Assembly (NCBI GenBank): GCA_022813965.1
Contig: JALDZS010000044.1
Coordinates: forward strand, 1 to 64,000
DNA from: Toensbergia leucococca
Lineage: Eukaryota
Direction: 5' to 3'
Length of the DNA: 64,000 bases
The notes under the pieces were generated by a model. That model had not been told where the DNA came from. It saw nothing but the letters and a program-made list of their open reading frames with translations, and ran no database searches. Both the position numbers and the translations under genes were made by a program. This document shows, one piece after another, positions 1 to 13,462 of this stretch (position 1 is the first letter of the stretch; each line of letters begins with the position of its first letter).

Positions 1-692
1 GGGTAGGGTGTTGATGAATAGAAGAATAGTGATCAAAAAGTGTGTTGTTGTTATGATTCTATTCAGGTACGTTGACTCAAAATTCCTACGTTGGCCATTT
101 GCAATACTTTAAAAATTGACCTCGTAGGTGGGTGGAAGAATTCCCAAATGCGGCACTCCGAGTGATGTCCTGATGATGCCATAGAACATTACGTTTCCCA
201 ATCCAAATCAGTCTCGGATGTTGGATGAGGGAGTTCGTCGGGTGTTACCTCTTCGAGCATCCTCGGCCCGGCGCGATGCTTGTTGAGAGAGTGGCACGGA
301 ATAGGTAGGTAGGTATCTGTTCAATTCTTAGTCGGGAGCCGCGGGCTTCGGACCGATGAGACTTGGGTACACCTTGTTCAAGAATTTTAGGAACTAAGCA
401 TGCATTACACTGTCACACCAAATGCTTATTTCGAAGAGCCTCGAGTCAACAACGCTTCAATCGCGGTACAAACAATTCCGATTCCGATCTTGCGTGCTAT
501 ACAGTAGACAGTTACATGATTCTGTAGCTCCATGAGCCTTGCAGCTCGCCATTACCTCTTGAATGATCAATCCCAAATCCCTCTGTTCCGTCACAGATTC
601 GCCGTCGCTAAATGGTCGCTATCAAACAAATACATCCACCCAAGAATACATATGTACACGGAAGATTTCCCACGTCTTTCCAATTAAGGTAC

Positions 693-2462
693 CTAATTAG
701 AGCTTTTCGCATGTGAGCTCCTCGGGTCCCATTGCTTCATTTTCCCTGTACTCGGTGGCCTAGGCGTTGAAAAGCTTAATGATGGAGAAGCGTATTTCGC
801 ATCATTTCCAAAGTAGTCAGTCTTACTCGACGGTGAGAACTTGCTCGACGGCGAGAATGCTGAAGAAGATTCGTCTTGTGATGTGATCCTGCTAATAAAA
901 GCATCCGGATTCTTGGCGATCGGGGGAGAGGTAAGCATCTCGTATGTACGAGGGTCGGCCGAAAGACGTCGAGCATCCACCGAGACAAAGTCATGAGATC
1001 GGGTGAATGGACGTTTAATCAGCGCTATCCATGCAGGAATCATGGACCAGCTTCCAAGGAATAGGACAGTCCAGATGCCGTTCATCTAGAGTATATATTA
1101 GACAACATGCAGCTGACCAGAATCATTATGTGACAACATACCGATATGAGTAGCAAAACAGCCATGACTGTAGCCTCGCTGACGACCAATCCAGATGTCT
1201 TCTTCAAGCAGGCATCCTTATCTCCATCGTTGACAACGAGACATAAAAGCCATGGCTCGGCTTTTTGAGGGTCGTTCAAGGCCGCTGTGGTTGTCGAGTC
1301 CATTGAAATGAAGACTGTGGCGAAAAATACCACGTTGATGATGAGGATTAGCACAATCATCACGCCCCGCCATTGCAATTTGATAACTTTGCTAACCCTT
1401 CGATAAGCTTGTCTGGCTGTCACTGTTCGTACGCTTCCGTTGTATGATGGGAGACCAGAGCTGTTGTCTGAACTAGGGTCGTCAGACAAAAGCGATCTGA
1501 TGTATACACGAATGCAGTATCCGAGTGTCGTGAATTGCAATATAGTGGCAGCACTCGCAAAAGCTAGCAGAGGTCCCCAAAAGTCCTGTATAGCTTTCTC
1601 ATGATTGATGTGGCACGTGTCGCCAAATCTGTATGATACTCCTGTAATCGAAAGAGATATCAAAAGAATCAATATTGGTACGCCCCATCCTGCCAGCAGC
1701 GCGCCATAGAAGAATTTCCGGCCCGGCACGACTTCCCAGCAGATTTGTAGGTGCAAGGATAGGGATCGAAGGAACACTCCCAGAGGTCAGCATATTAGAG
1801 GACTAAGTTCAGCAAGTTGAACACACCCCACATAATCGCAGCGCAGCCACCCAGGAGTAGAGATGCCCCCGAGAACGCACACGAAAGGTCTGATTGCATG
1901 TCATTTGGCGTGATGCCATCATGGCACTGCTCTGGTTTGGCGCCCAGAGGAATAATAAACCCGAGCTGCGATTGTTAACCCCGATTCAATCCCAATCACG
2001 TCGATCTCTGCTCACGCACCTGCAGTAAGCTCACTCCTAGCAAGAGGCAGACAGTGAGGTAATGCCGATGGGTTTTTTCTACTGGGAGGACGAGGAATGA
2101 GACCAGTAATGATACCGAGCCCACCATGCTAACCACTGCGAGCCAATTGGAGACTCTTGTGAGCGAGTGAAAGTCTGTCAAGGAATCAACACTCTACCCT
2201 TCATATCCAATGGTTTGACTCACCATCTCCATAGGCCCATTCCGTCAATGGACATGGTAAGCAGCAATCTATCTCTCCTTCAAGTGATGGTACGGGGGCA
2301 CAGAATCGGCCGGCAAGGTCTAGTATAGGTCAACCAAGTTCTTGAGAAGTGGACTGATTCCATATAGTGAAGGAGGCTCATACATCCATCAGTGCCAGGA
2401 AAGTCGGACAATTGCAAGAAAGGTATAGGGCAAGCTCCATGCCCTTTTGTTATGTTCGCCAT
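693..2462 (-). CDS. gprM: GprM-like 7-TM G-protein-coupled receptor (6 exons)
   Basis: Spliced N-terminus MANITKGHGACPIPFLQ...YLAGRFC...CCLPCPLTEWAYGD is followed by hydrophobic helices (ORFs 1996-2181, 1082-1777, 693-1085). Motifs FGDTCHINH, DFWGPLLAFA and KLQWRG fit this fungal GPCR class. Five GT-AG introns keep the frame. Confidence 0.8.
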
Positions 2463-4454
2463 TGCAACTCGAATGAGCTTTTATTGCTCGTCAAAGCCAA
2501 TGGCCACGAGAGTAGACGTATGCTCTTAATAGGACCAAATACTCGGCTCTCAAGTCATACACGCGCCACGAATCACCGATAAATGCATGCAACGATAATG
2601 ACCGCTTTTCTTGTAAAGGAATTAGGAAATGCGGGAAATAGCAGAGGCATTATCATGTAAATGACTTCAGGAAATTTGTTTTCAGGGACAGAGATATGGA
2701 GCCGGAGGGGTGATATCAAAATATCGAGGGAATGGTCATTAAATTAGTAAAAAGGTGCGAAATAGATTCATCCCGTGATTTGCCTGGTGCGACCTAGCGG
2801 GAGTAGCGTGATGGTGTGGGAGCACGAATAAGAAGGTACCTCGTTCTCCATGAGCACCAAGTATCTTTTAGTGGGGTCAAGCCTAGTTGCAGGCATCGGT
2901 CGAGTCGAGTCGCCCTACTTGGGGGGGTGCCTGTCTGTCAGGTCTCTGCCAGTTGCCGCGGCGAGTCAAAAGCCGGCGGTTGCACCTCACTGGCGGGGTG
3001 ATGACAGCTGAGGCGTCGTTGGCTCACTATCAGGTCGACGAATGCGAAGAGCTGAGAGACGGAGTCGCGGAGGAAGGTACCAAAGCTGCAATGTGATTTG
3101 CAACTTGCGCATCCTACGACGGTTGGGAAGATGGACGATTGGGCAGATTTGGGAATCGTGCAGTGCAAGCGTCGGGATGCCCCTGCTATTCCCCCTTTCC
3201 CCTAGGGCTGATCCAGACCTGGACCACACCACCCACAACAACAATTCTCCATAGGCCACCACCGCTACTAACAAAGCCGGGGTCTCCACGTTGTACAAAT
3301 CTCCAGTTATCACCGCCTTCCTTCGGACCCGTACATGATGCCGGATGGAAACTTTGAGATAACGAATCCTTCAAATCTTAACCCTTCAGCCCCCCGTGTA
3401 TATCATGGCAAATTCGACGTTGTATTCAGCTCTCGATTGCTCAACTAGGGAACAGAGATACTTCGCTCTTTTGCCGCTTTTCCCTGGCGCGCTTCAAGTG
3501 AGAAGACTCGTATCCATCATCATTGGAGCGACATGTTTAACGATTCTGGAGCGCCAGCCACAGTCAAAACGATCTACACGAGAGACTTGTGGAGCTAAAC
3601 CTCTTGGAATCTCCCAATCACGGGCTTTCATTCGGGTCAGTGTTGCTGAGGCCTGGAATTGGCTAAGGTACCGTATTTACGCAACCGCCGCCGCCGCTAG
3701 TCACCAGAATATTGACTAATTTACCCGTTCATCTATCGCGTACATTTCGAGCGGTTGAGTTTTGTCATAAGTATTTACTTTTCTAAATAATCGCGTCTGT
3801 ACGGATATCCACCCCTTGGTGGCGCTCGGACCGATCTGTGAGCCTTGTACCCATTACCCAAGTGCTGATGGCCAAATCTCTCGCGACGGAAGCCCTCGTT
3901 AACGTACTGCATATGTATGCAAGCCATATCAACTTTCTCAAAGGGCGCCGACCGAGACAGGTATTGACCGTACCGAATACTGCGTCGCTTAATTTGTCAG
4001 TAATCTCAGTCCGTAGATGGCTATTATTTCAGCAATATCAGGAAGAACGCGAGAATATAATCAGAAGTCCATATAGATCATCGAGGCCGATTAGAGCCGT
4101 CTGACATAAGAGGTGCCAAAAAGGTATGTATCATCAAGTGTTGCTCGCGAATAAATGCAGCGGGAAAGACTGGGCACACACCTTAGAGTGGATCTACATA
4201 AGAGCTGTATCATATGCATTCGCTGTTCAGTCACTATCATTAGACCCATTACAACAAGACATGTACTCACTTAACCCGAGCATTCTCTGGAAAGTAGTCG
4301 AGGTGCGATGATTAATTTCTAAACAAAACTTGAAATGAAAAGTCGAAAATGACGACACAGTTCGCTTAATTTTAGCGTGGATATAAGCTTCGCACACAAT
4401 AACCACGACCTCCATGGATACATTTCCATTAATCAATCATTCATCTGCGCAAGT

Positions 4455-5185
4455 ATGGGTCGCCTTCACAGCAACGGCAAAGGCATATCAGCCAGCGCCA
4501 TCCCATACTCACGAACTCCTCCAACCTGGCTCAAGACCACCCCCGAGCAAGTCGTCGATCAGATCTGCAAACTGGCCAAGAAAGGCGCAACACCCTCGCA
4601 AATAGGCGTTGTCCTACGGGACTCGCATGGTATCGCTCAGGTCAAGGTCGTCACTGGTATGTAGAAGAGTGCAAATGATTTACAGATCGAGTGTAATGGA
4701 TATTAAACAACGTGGACAGGCAATAAGATTCTCCGCATACTCAAGAGTAATGGTACGATATATTTTACGCGATGAGAATCCAAGCGACCAGCCAATGCTC
4801 AACTCGCATATCTGTCGCTTTTTGTGACACCACTGCCTCTGCTTGGTCTTTGACTGACAGAGTGACCTTTAAATCCTAGGCCTGGCACCGGAGCTTCCCG
4901 AGGACCTCTATATGTTGATCAAAAAGGTATTGCCCAGTCCCTTGCTCCTCTCCGGCCTTTCATCGAGCCATCTTCTGGTGGCCATCGGTGTTCAACTGAC
5001 AACGTCATTAGGCTGTCGCTGTCCGTAAACATCTCGAACGCAACCGCAAGGACAAAGATTCAAAATTCCGCCTTATCCTTATTGAGTCTCGCATTCACCG
5101 CTTGTCGAGGTATTACAAGACCGTGGGGGTATTGCCGCCTACATGGAGGTATGAGAGTGCTACGGCAAGTACGCTGGTAGCATAA
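4455..5185 (+). CDS. RPS13: 40S ribosomal protein S13 (uS15), 4 exons
   Basis: [18 protein letters not shown]...[16 protein letters not shown]...[20 protein letters not shown]...ASTLVA*. Introns at about 4657-4719, 4753-4879 and 4927-5011. Confidence 0.98.
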
Positions 5186-5472
5186 GGTGTCGGATATCCT
5201 TCAGTGATGGTAGCTACGTGGAAGGATGGCAGGATCTTGAGGGCAGAAACCTCCGAATGGTGTAGCATGAAGTTCTAAATCAGAGCACAAGTAGAACTGA
5301 ATTTTCCTACATGATTAATGGTGCTAGACTCCAAGATATCATATTACAAAGAGTTGTATGTAGATATGAATATCCCTTAAATCGACAATTGTTGGGTATA
5401 AACAACGAGCCTAAAACTTTAGACTCCTTCGCTATGCAAATTCATATCTCTACCTCCTATGATAACCCACCC

Positions 5473-6047
5473 CTACGTACCCTCTAATTCCTTACTCCGC
5501 TGAAGTAGATACTCTCCCAATACGCGTAGAGGATCTTCAGGTCTAACTCTTTCACATCAGCAACCCAGATTTACGGAAGGAAACCAAAGTAATTTTACGC
5601 ACTGTTCAGCCGCCACCCTCTTCATTCCCTCTAGCAAAACTCCCGTAATCTTTTCATTAAGATACCTCCGCACAGGTGCCCCATGGGAAGCCGCTTTCGT
5701 AGGCATAGGCGGAGCTTCAACATGACCATTGGTGGCACGGACTGGAGTTGCGGTTCGCTGGGGTGCTGGAGTGGAAGTTGTGGAGGGTTGTTGAAAGGCC
5801 GCGGGGGAGGGCTTGAGCGGGCGTATGAGCTGTCAGTGCCGAGACCATTACCGATTTTGTAACGTGAGATATAACCTACGACTGCTTCAGCCATTTCTAT
5901 ATCTTGTTGATGGGCTATGGTGGCTGGTTGGCTGGGAGTAGTCGGAGGGGGAATTGACTGGTTGCGTTGGGCGTATGGGTCTATTAACATTGGTTTTGGC
6001 TGAGCTTGAACTGGCCTAACCATATTATTGGGAGTTTCATCGGCCAT
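5473..6047 (-). CDS. SDC1: COMPASS subunit Sdc1/Dpy-30 (3 exons)
   Basis: Spliced C-terminus HGAPVRRYLNEKITGVLLEGMKRVAAEQPEDPLRVLGEYLLQRS matches the Dpy-30 motif. Confidence 0.9.
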
Positions 6048-6281
6048 GGTTGTAAGGCTTAAATGTGTCGGTCAAGTAATGACATTTAGATGTCTTTACC
6101 AGGTCAAATGCTTCAGTCACTAAACGAAGTTGAGACGGGTACGTGCATCTGAACCGCTGCAAGCTCAATTCGCGTATGGGTTAGGCTAGTGTCCAGGAGC
6201 CAGGTGCCAGGGGGTACTTTGAGGTACCTAAGCTCGAGGTAAGTATCTCGTTGACGTCAATGATCTCATTACCTCATTGTC

Positions 6282-7352
6282 ATGGAAGATAGAACAATGG
6301 ACAACTCTTCAAGTATTGTCAAGGACTTTTGGTTGTTTGGCTATGGGTAGCTTTTCTACTGAGAGGTGGAGAACCAAGCCCACTAACTTATGGACGCAGG
6401 AGTTTAATATGGAAGCCTCCGCCGCACTTTGGTATTTCCCAGAGCCTCCGCTGGATGTAGTTGTGACTGATTGCCCTGTCTGACTAGATTGCCGTGTGCC
6501 GGGTTATATCGAAGGCTATGTGCGTAGATTCTGGCAGGTTGGCAACGCTGCACATCGGCTTGTAATACTCATGAGCTGATTTTGCCATGTCAGGCAAGGT
6601 AAGTGTACTCTTTAATAGAAGACCTTTGCTTATGAGGGAGTGAGGATCATCGAGGTTAGAAAACTTCATATTTAGAGCCTGTTTCAGCCCTCTTGCAGTA
6701 ACATTTCATGGCATAGGTATCCCAGAAGCACCCGGCCGAGTTGTGACTTTGATTGAGCGGTCCTTTTGGGAAACTCTCGTAGATCATGTAGGTTATCTGA
6801 CTCCATGTTCCGAGCCATGATCAACATACTCATGGCAATTGGTAGCATGCAACCACCGAAGATCGGGTCTGGGGGGCCGCATATCGAATCATGCCGTCCA
6901 AGGTCACGGAAGTGCAAGCCTACCTCGACATCAGAGAGATCAATGGCTACAGCATCCAGTATACGGATTTCCATCCAGCAGATCCTGATCTAAGCTCGAT
7001 CAATTGTCTGGTCTACATTGGATTGCCAAATAATCCACAATTTCAAGGACCGCAGGATCCAGATGCTCTTGCGGTGCATATATGGCAGAGCAAGGGCCCA
7101 AGTGGCGAAAACAAGGAGTATCTTTTCATGCTCGAGCAGGCCTTGGATGCGCAGGGACCAGAGAGTGAAGATGCGCACGTCAAAGATCTTGCTCAGAGGG
7201 TCAGACAATTGGAAGCTTCTGACCAAATGTTTCTTGTTAGCGTCAACTCAGCAAGGAGCACTGAAGCATCTGACAAGGCAGTAGGCCGCGGGATCAATAG
7301 GGTTAACAGTGGCGTACTAGGTGACCAGCACGAGGAAGTAGAAAAGCTATGA
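6282..7352 (+). CDS. GCG1: ChaC-family glutathione-specific gamma-glutamylcyclotransferase (7 exons, incl. 5-nt and 14-nt microexons)
   Basis: Spliced motifs [49 protein letters not shown] and GPSGENKEYL. Confidence 0.93.
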
Positions 7353-7868
7353 TAGCGCAAAGTTCTTTTAATTCTAGTCATTGCCAATGTCGTAACAAAT
7401 CAAACGTCATCTCTGGAAACGGGTGAAGCCCGTTATCCCTAGGCAAAAGCGACGATTAAACCGGAGCGGGCTTCGAGACGTGCTTTGGGAGACATTAAGT
7501 CGTGAAAGAGAGGTGCCGCGAGAGTGTCCATGATGCTAGAAAAAGTTGAAGGATATGATGAAAAATGAAAAGAAAAATCCTCCACGCCTACGCTTTTGTG
7601 AGAGATCGCTGAAGTTAACAGCCACTTCCAGGTCTGAACATAGAAAACGTTCACGACTACCCTGGCCTCCCTACTATCGCTCCAAGAGTGCGAATGCATT
7701 CTTAAAACAAAACTTGGTGACCGTAATAGCCAAAAGTCGTTCCACACATCGTTCCCTTCCTGCTGCCATCTGTCGATCCGTCCTCTTGACTATCTGTCTT
7801 TTCGTTCATTGACAGATACATAGTGAAGACCACGCTGTGGTGTGGTAAAGTTTTCGGTCGGTGTTAGT

Positions 7869-8645
7869 TTACCAGTTGCTGCCACCTCCACCGCTGCGAT
7901 TATCGTAGCCACCACCGCCCTGGTAGGATTGGCCTCCACCGTTGTAATGTTGTCCTCCACCACCGTAGCCTAGAGGAGAGTCAGTATTCTGAGAAGTAAC
8001 GCAATGAACAAGAATTGTTATACCACTTCCTCCGCCGGAACGTCCTCCTTGATCATATCCTCCTCCACCGCCACTATCTGTAGATTTCAGCATTCGGGAG
8101 GCTAGGAAAGCAGACCGGGCTCACTGTATTGTCCACCGCCGCCGCTATAACCTGAGCCGCCGCCGCCACGAGGAGCATTGTACCCACCACGGCCGCCATA
8201 TCCGCCCCCGCCCCCTCCCCCTCCGCTAGATCCACGCTCAGATGCTTTGTCGACACGAATGGTACGACCGTCAAATCTGATCGGGTTAGAGATCGTATTT
8301 CATGACCTTCAACTTCAGCAACATGGACTGTGACTCACTCCACATTATTCATAGCAGTGATCGCGGCCTCAGCTTCGGAATCCTGGCCATAACGGACAAA
8401 ACCGAATCCACGACTACGACCAGTATCACGATCCTTAACAACAATCTATAAATTGGGTGTCAGGTTGGAGCTTTTCAAATAAAGGTGGTTCGAACATACG
8501 GCTTCTTCCACGACGCCGAATTCCTCGAATTTGAGGCGAAGAGCGTTGTCGTCGGTGTGCCATGCGAGGCCACTTGAACTCTGTCAAACGATGAAGTATG
8601 CGAAACAAAAAGAAATATGACATACCCAATGAATAGCTTAGACAT
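7869..8645 (-). CDS. Glycine-rich RNA-binding protein (single RRM plus RGG/GYG tail), 6 exons
   Basis: RNP2 MSKLFIGGLAW, RNP1 [25 protein letters not shown], then a Gly/Tyr/Arg-rich tail. Confidence 0.93.
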
Positions 8646-10478
8646 GGTATGTGGGAGAAGTTCGTTTCAGTTTAAAAAAGGTCTATCAAATCTCTCAATC
8701 ACAATGTCTCGCACCAAACACGCGTTTGTCGAGATACAACACGAAGAATAGGTACGCATGATAACACGGAAGTACATCGAGGTGATACATGACCGGCGAA
8801 CAAGAGCAAAGAATTGAGGGTAGATCAAGGTCAAGGTCAGCAGAGGTGGAAGAGCAGCGGACGAACATAACAAGGGACCCTCTTCGCTGCGGTAGCTCGA
8901 TCGAATGGATGATGCGATGATACGCAGATTGCGACCAAGATAGGAAATTGATGGATGAAGACGGTTTGATGTTGATGTTGATGTGGTGATGTTTAATATG
9001 AGTGTAAGGGTGGGGTTTGCAAGAGGAAGATTGATGGAAATTTCTTGGTATTAAGCCCCGCGCTACACACGACGCTAGTGGGAACGTGACAAACATTCAC
9101 CGGCAATTTCTTTCACTCTGCATCTTCACTTCTTCGAGGTAAGAGGCAGCTAGCCTGGCTGAGGCAAACAAGCTGGAGCTTAGCAGTAACAGCAATCTCA
9201 GTCTCTTACGACTTCAAGCCTAATACATAGTCGATACTACTACCCAGAGCAATTCAACACACCTTTGCTTCCAAGAGTGTGGCGTCATGAACCATCCACG
9301 ATCGATCTAGGCGCGCACATTATTTTCACCCCATGGCCTCGGCTCGAGCTTGGTTCATGAAGCGTCTCCTGAAAACTAAAAGAAGCCATCTCCTCCATGA
9401 TCCCTGTGCTGTGCTCTGCGTCAAGAACTATACCTGGCACGTATTGTATGTGACTTGTTTGATATGTGGCACCCATCGAGTCCTACCTTGCCATATCGGT
9501 AATCGTAAGAATGCGCAGGATCGACGCATATGTATCCCTACTTCAAACTCAGTTTGAAGACTACCGGCCATCCTGAACTACCTAGCTAGATAGGTAATTT
9601 GCTTGGCATTTCGATGCAGGGTCTAGCGGCTGATGAGTGAGAGACATGTGAGATATCTGGAGTAGCCTGTTTATCTCCTCCTGAGCTCTGTGGTCCTTGC
9701 GAACAGCAGGACTATTTGACTCTAGCTTCCAGCAATGTGCTTAGTGCAATTCTGAACGAGGAAAAAATATCTTCTTGAGGGTGTGAGAACTGTGAGGAAG
9801 TATCTCGCTTTCGAAGATTTTGTGTGTTTATTTACAGGCAGGTATGTTGCTGTTTTCTTGCCATACACTCGGTGACGCCGTCATGTCAGTGCTTTCTCTT
9901 TGACTAATCCTTCTAAATATGTCGGAATTCGAGCTCCTCGAAAGATGAAAGGGTGGACTTTTCGTCGCCACTAAAGCCAATACTACAGGGTTGTGGGCCG
10001 AACAGTATTCACCAAGTCCTCATTTCAGCTTTTGAGAAGTAATGTATCGAATGAACCAAAGCTTGCGCCTGTTCATGCGTAATTTGAAGCTAGATGAATG
10101 GGGAGTTGTTGTAGAGGGCTCGTGTGGATGATGGATTCCTCCCCATTATGACTCCTCTACCTGTTTCTATACTCAATCTTTATTGTGTCACTCGAAGCAA
10201 GAAGGGCTTTACTGAACGCTCCATATATATCATGTCTTTGTTTCTTTCTCAAGTAACTATTTCTCACAATAGTCATGAGTGCTCGAAGTGAACGTCTGCG
10301 CCTGCTTTCGTTGTGACCTTCAACGATAGTCACTTCCGCATTACCTCTGTATTGGTACGCAACAAGCTAGATTCTTCAGATATTGTCATAGCGTATCAAC
10401 CTTATGAGTAATCGTCTTTGAATGCCTGGTTCCTTCTAGAGACAATGAAGCATATATATCCACTACGTTTGCCCTTCA

Positions 10479-13462
10479 ATGTCTTTCGACGAGCGTCGGT
10501 CTCCAAGGGCTCAGATCCGAGATTGGCTCGTCCATGCCAACCAAGCCAATGGAGCTAGCCAAGACATATCTGTTACTGAGCAAGATCACGTAATTGGAAA
10601 AGTTATTTCTAAGGAACGTCACAAACAAAAACACAAGGGAACGTCACCACGCGCAGAGCCAAGAACCCACAAGCGTCACAAAAGCCACCAAGCGCTAGTG
10701 CCTCATGATCCATCCGGTAAGCCATTGTACCATCATGTGGAGCTACGGCGCGCTGAGACTCTTACTGAGTATATCATAAGGGCGGTTGGCAAACACTACA
10801 CGGCCGGATCACGATGGCAAAAATCTCGCAGAGCGCCTGGGCTTGCATGCGCCTTTTTGCGCCTTCGAGGATGAAAAACATAAAACAGGGCTGGATGGAT
10901 TATCAAGGAGTGGCCGTCGAAAGCGAAGACGCAGCACCTCCTCTGACGGTAGTTATCTCAAACCTGCCGTAGCTAATGATTTCCCATCTTCGAAAGACGA
11001 CCGCCATAGATATTCTGAGCAGCTAGGAGTACGCGCAGGTTACCAAGATCTCGATGATGGCGAATCAGACGCTTCTCCTAGACTTTCGGGGTCTTCAAGT
11101 ACAACGATGATTTCGCCTGAGAAGCCCGCCAAAACATATGAGAGGAGATCAAGGCATAAAACTAGGGAGGACCGCTATGAGGTCAAGCAGGGCAAGACGC
11201 ATAAGGAAGAGAATAAGCAAGAGCTGAAGAAGAAAAACAAGAAGCAGGGGAAACGGAAGCGCAAAGAGAAATCTGGGGCGGCACTGATGAGCAGCTTCTC
11301 CGCGAAGAACATAGCTCGTGACCGTCTGACCGTAAGTTTCCTTCAATCCAATACTTTCTGAAACCCAGCAGTGCTATGCTCACTCTGAATTGTAGCTGAG
11401 ACCAGTAGCGGCGGTAGGCCTCTTCGGAAAAGGTCGCGCGTCTTCACCAATCAGGCGAAGAGGATGTAAGTCTCCCGTGATCCTCAGCTGTGCATTGCAC
11501 TGAAACCATCAATCCACAGTACCAGACCTCGCGTTTTCAGAATTGACATTTCTGAACAATCGACGGGAAAGGCAGGAGGATTCCAGCGATCTTCCCAAAA
11601 AGAACAGACGGAAACAGGACAAAGATGCTGACAGGGACGCTGGAATATCGAGATATTTCCGATCTGGAGTATTGACAGAGCCCGATATCATAAGTCTTCA
11701 GAAGAGGCGCCTGGTAGCGGCGGAAAGTCCTCGTCACTCCAATCCAATAGCTGGGGTTAAAGATATAGATAGTCTCGCCAAACCAGATCGATCTTCTCTG
11801 CCGCCGTCAGTCGATCTACCCGGAAGGCCATTCCTAGGATTTGGCAATCGTGGAGTAGATCCCTCATCTCCTATAAAAATTCCAGAGGTCTCTGGCTCTT
11901 CTCACAGGAAGCTTCACCAGCAACCTAGCAGGGTTGATTCTCGTTCTTCGACAAGCTACTTTACGTGGTCAAGAAGTGGTGTTCCATCCCGCTCTACGAT
12001 ACACCGAGAGCAAGATAGACCTATTGAGAAGAGGCCAGTCGAGAAATCCGTCGCCAAGGGAGAAATACCGGCTACACTCGATGTCGACTATATCAACACT
12101 AGTGAATCGGGTGTCGTGAAAGCTGCCAGTGTTAGCCATATGGCTGTCAATTCTATTCGTAAATCCAAAGACACCTGCCCAAGGAGTACTGAGGCCACGC
12201 ATACGGCAAAGCGTAACGACGTTCTAAATCCCGGGAAAGACATTCGGAGGGTTCAAACGGACATTGGGGTGTCAGCACCACAGGAGATTGTGTCAGAAAG
12301 AAGGGCTCTAGCTAGCGTTCCACAAAACGAGGAGCCTATTGCAAAACCTGCAGCCACCGAATCTGATAGGGAGCAGAAGCTGAATCTATCGAGGCTTATA
12401 CCTGATAAAACTTCCCAGCAGAATCCTCTTGACCCATTAGACACAGCTCTCGAAGCTTTGATGCAGAGGTGTAGACAACAAATACGTATGCCGGCCATTG
12501 AACCAAGCTATAAAGCTACCATGTATGGAGAATCTGAGCCAAGGGATCCCAGGAAGGTTGGCCAACCGCGCCAACTTTCAGCCCACGATAATAGCAATCA
12601 AAAACCTTCGATCATTTTAGCTAGGAGTATCAACAGCACCATATCCTCAGATTCTCGGTCCAGGTATAACATCAACAACCACCCCCTGATGGTCCCATCG
12701 GTACCTAGCAATCCGTGCCCACCGAGACAGGCAGCAGAACCTTATTTTGATTATCCAGGTGAGTTACCAAGACCGGCTACGGTTGAAAGTACCATGACAC
12801 ATCCTCACGCTTCTCTTCCTCGGTCAGCTTGTACCAGCAGTGCATGGAATGGATATACCACCATCTACGAACAACATTATCAGACTCAAATACCGCAGTC
12901 CAATGACGGCTATGAAGATGTCCAGCAGGAATCAAACATGACTCTCGGCTCAGCTAAGGTAGCAACAGTCCTTGAGGCAGAGGATGTGGAATTCGGAAAG
13001 GAATTGAGTTCACCCAAAAGTTTCAGGGATTATGACCCTCGTCCACTCGACCTATATGAAGACTATGATACGAGAAATGAGGAGTATGCTGACAATGATC
13101 GTAACGAAGAGGCTCGACAAGGAAAATGGGTTGACCTGATCCATGATTCCGAATCTGTCTACGCCTTAGATAGGAAAAGTCGAGATAGTCATACGGAGAG
13201 TCTAGATCATCAGCAGATGTGCGATGTTGATGTGGTTAGAAAGAGGCTTACGCCGTCGGAGCGAGGATACGTCAAGAGCCCAGACGTCTGCATCCCAGAC
13301 CATTATGACATGCCAAAGCACAATTCGGCAATTCCTGCTCACTCGGGCCATCATGTTCACAACATAGGTTCTAATCTTGCTTGTTGCGTGCAAGAGAATC
13401 GGACTGAAGAAGTCGAGGACTCATCTATGTTGGGGTTTTGGAAACCCCATAAATTGTACTGA
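10479..13462 (+). CDS. Large, mostly disordered hypothetical protein (4 exons) with basic NLS-like segments
   Basis: ORFs 10479, 10786 and 11543 are joined by GT-AG introns (~10716-10780, 11332-11395, 11466-11519). Short motifs YERRSRHKTREDRYE, GLFGKGRASSP, PDLAFSE and C-terminal FWKPHKLY. Confidence 0.75.

Noticed and set aside
2463..4454. Short ORFs in the 2-kb GPCR-RPS13 divergent spacer and in 9100-10478
   Set aside because: No recognisable homology, splice-consistent model or repeat structure; treated as promoter or UTR sequence.
4769..4857. Box C/D snoRNA in RPS13 intron 2 (GCGATGA...CTGA)
   Set aside because: The C box is imperfect, the CTGA coincides with the likely branch site, and no rRNA guide is recognisable.
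6598..6716. Stwintron reading (G|GTAAGT...AG|TGAGG) in ChaC
   Set aside because: It would delete the conserved EDHRG motif; the microexon model fits better.
7341..7355. ChaC C-terminal EKL as PTS1, or stop-codon readthrough
   Set aside because: EKL is not a canonical PTS1, and the TGA is followed directly by TAG. No TGA-CTA readthrough context was found at the stops I checked.
8646..9000. Leader intron or uORFs of the Gly-rich RRM gene
   Set aside because: Upstream ATGs and a possible acceptor exist, but there is no clear donor or branch site and the transcription start is unknown.
9630..9700. CTGATGA as a hammerhead ribozyme core or C box
   Set aside because: No stem II followed by GAAA, and no convincing terminal stem or guide.
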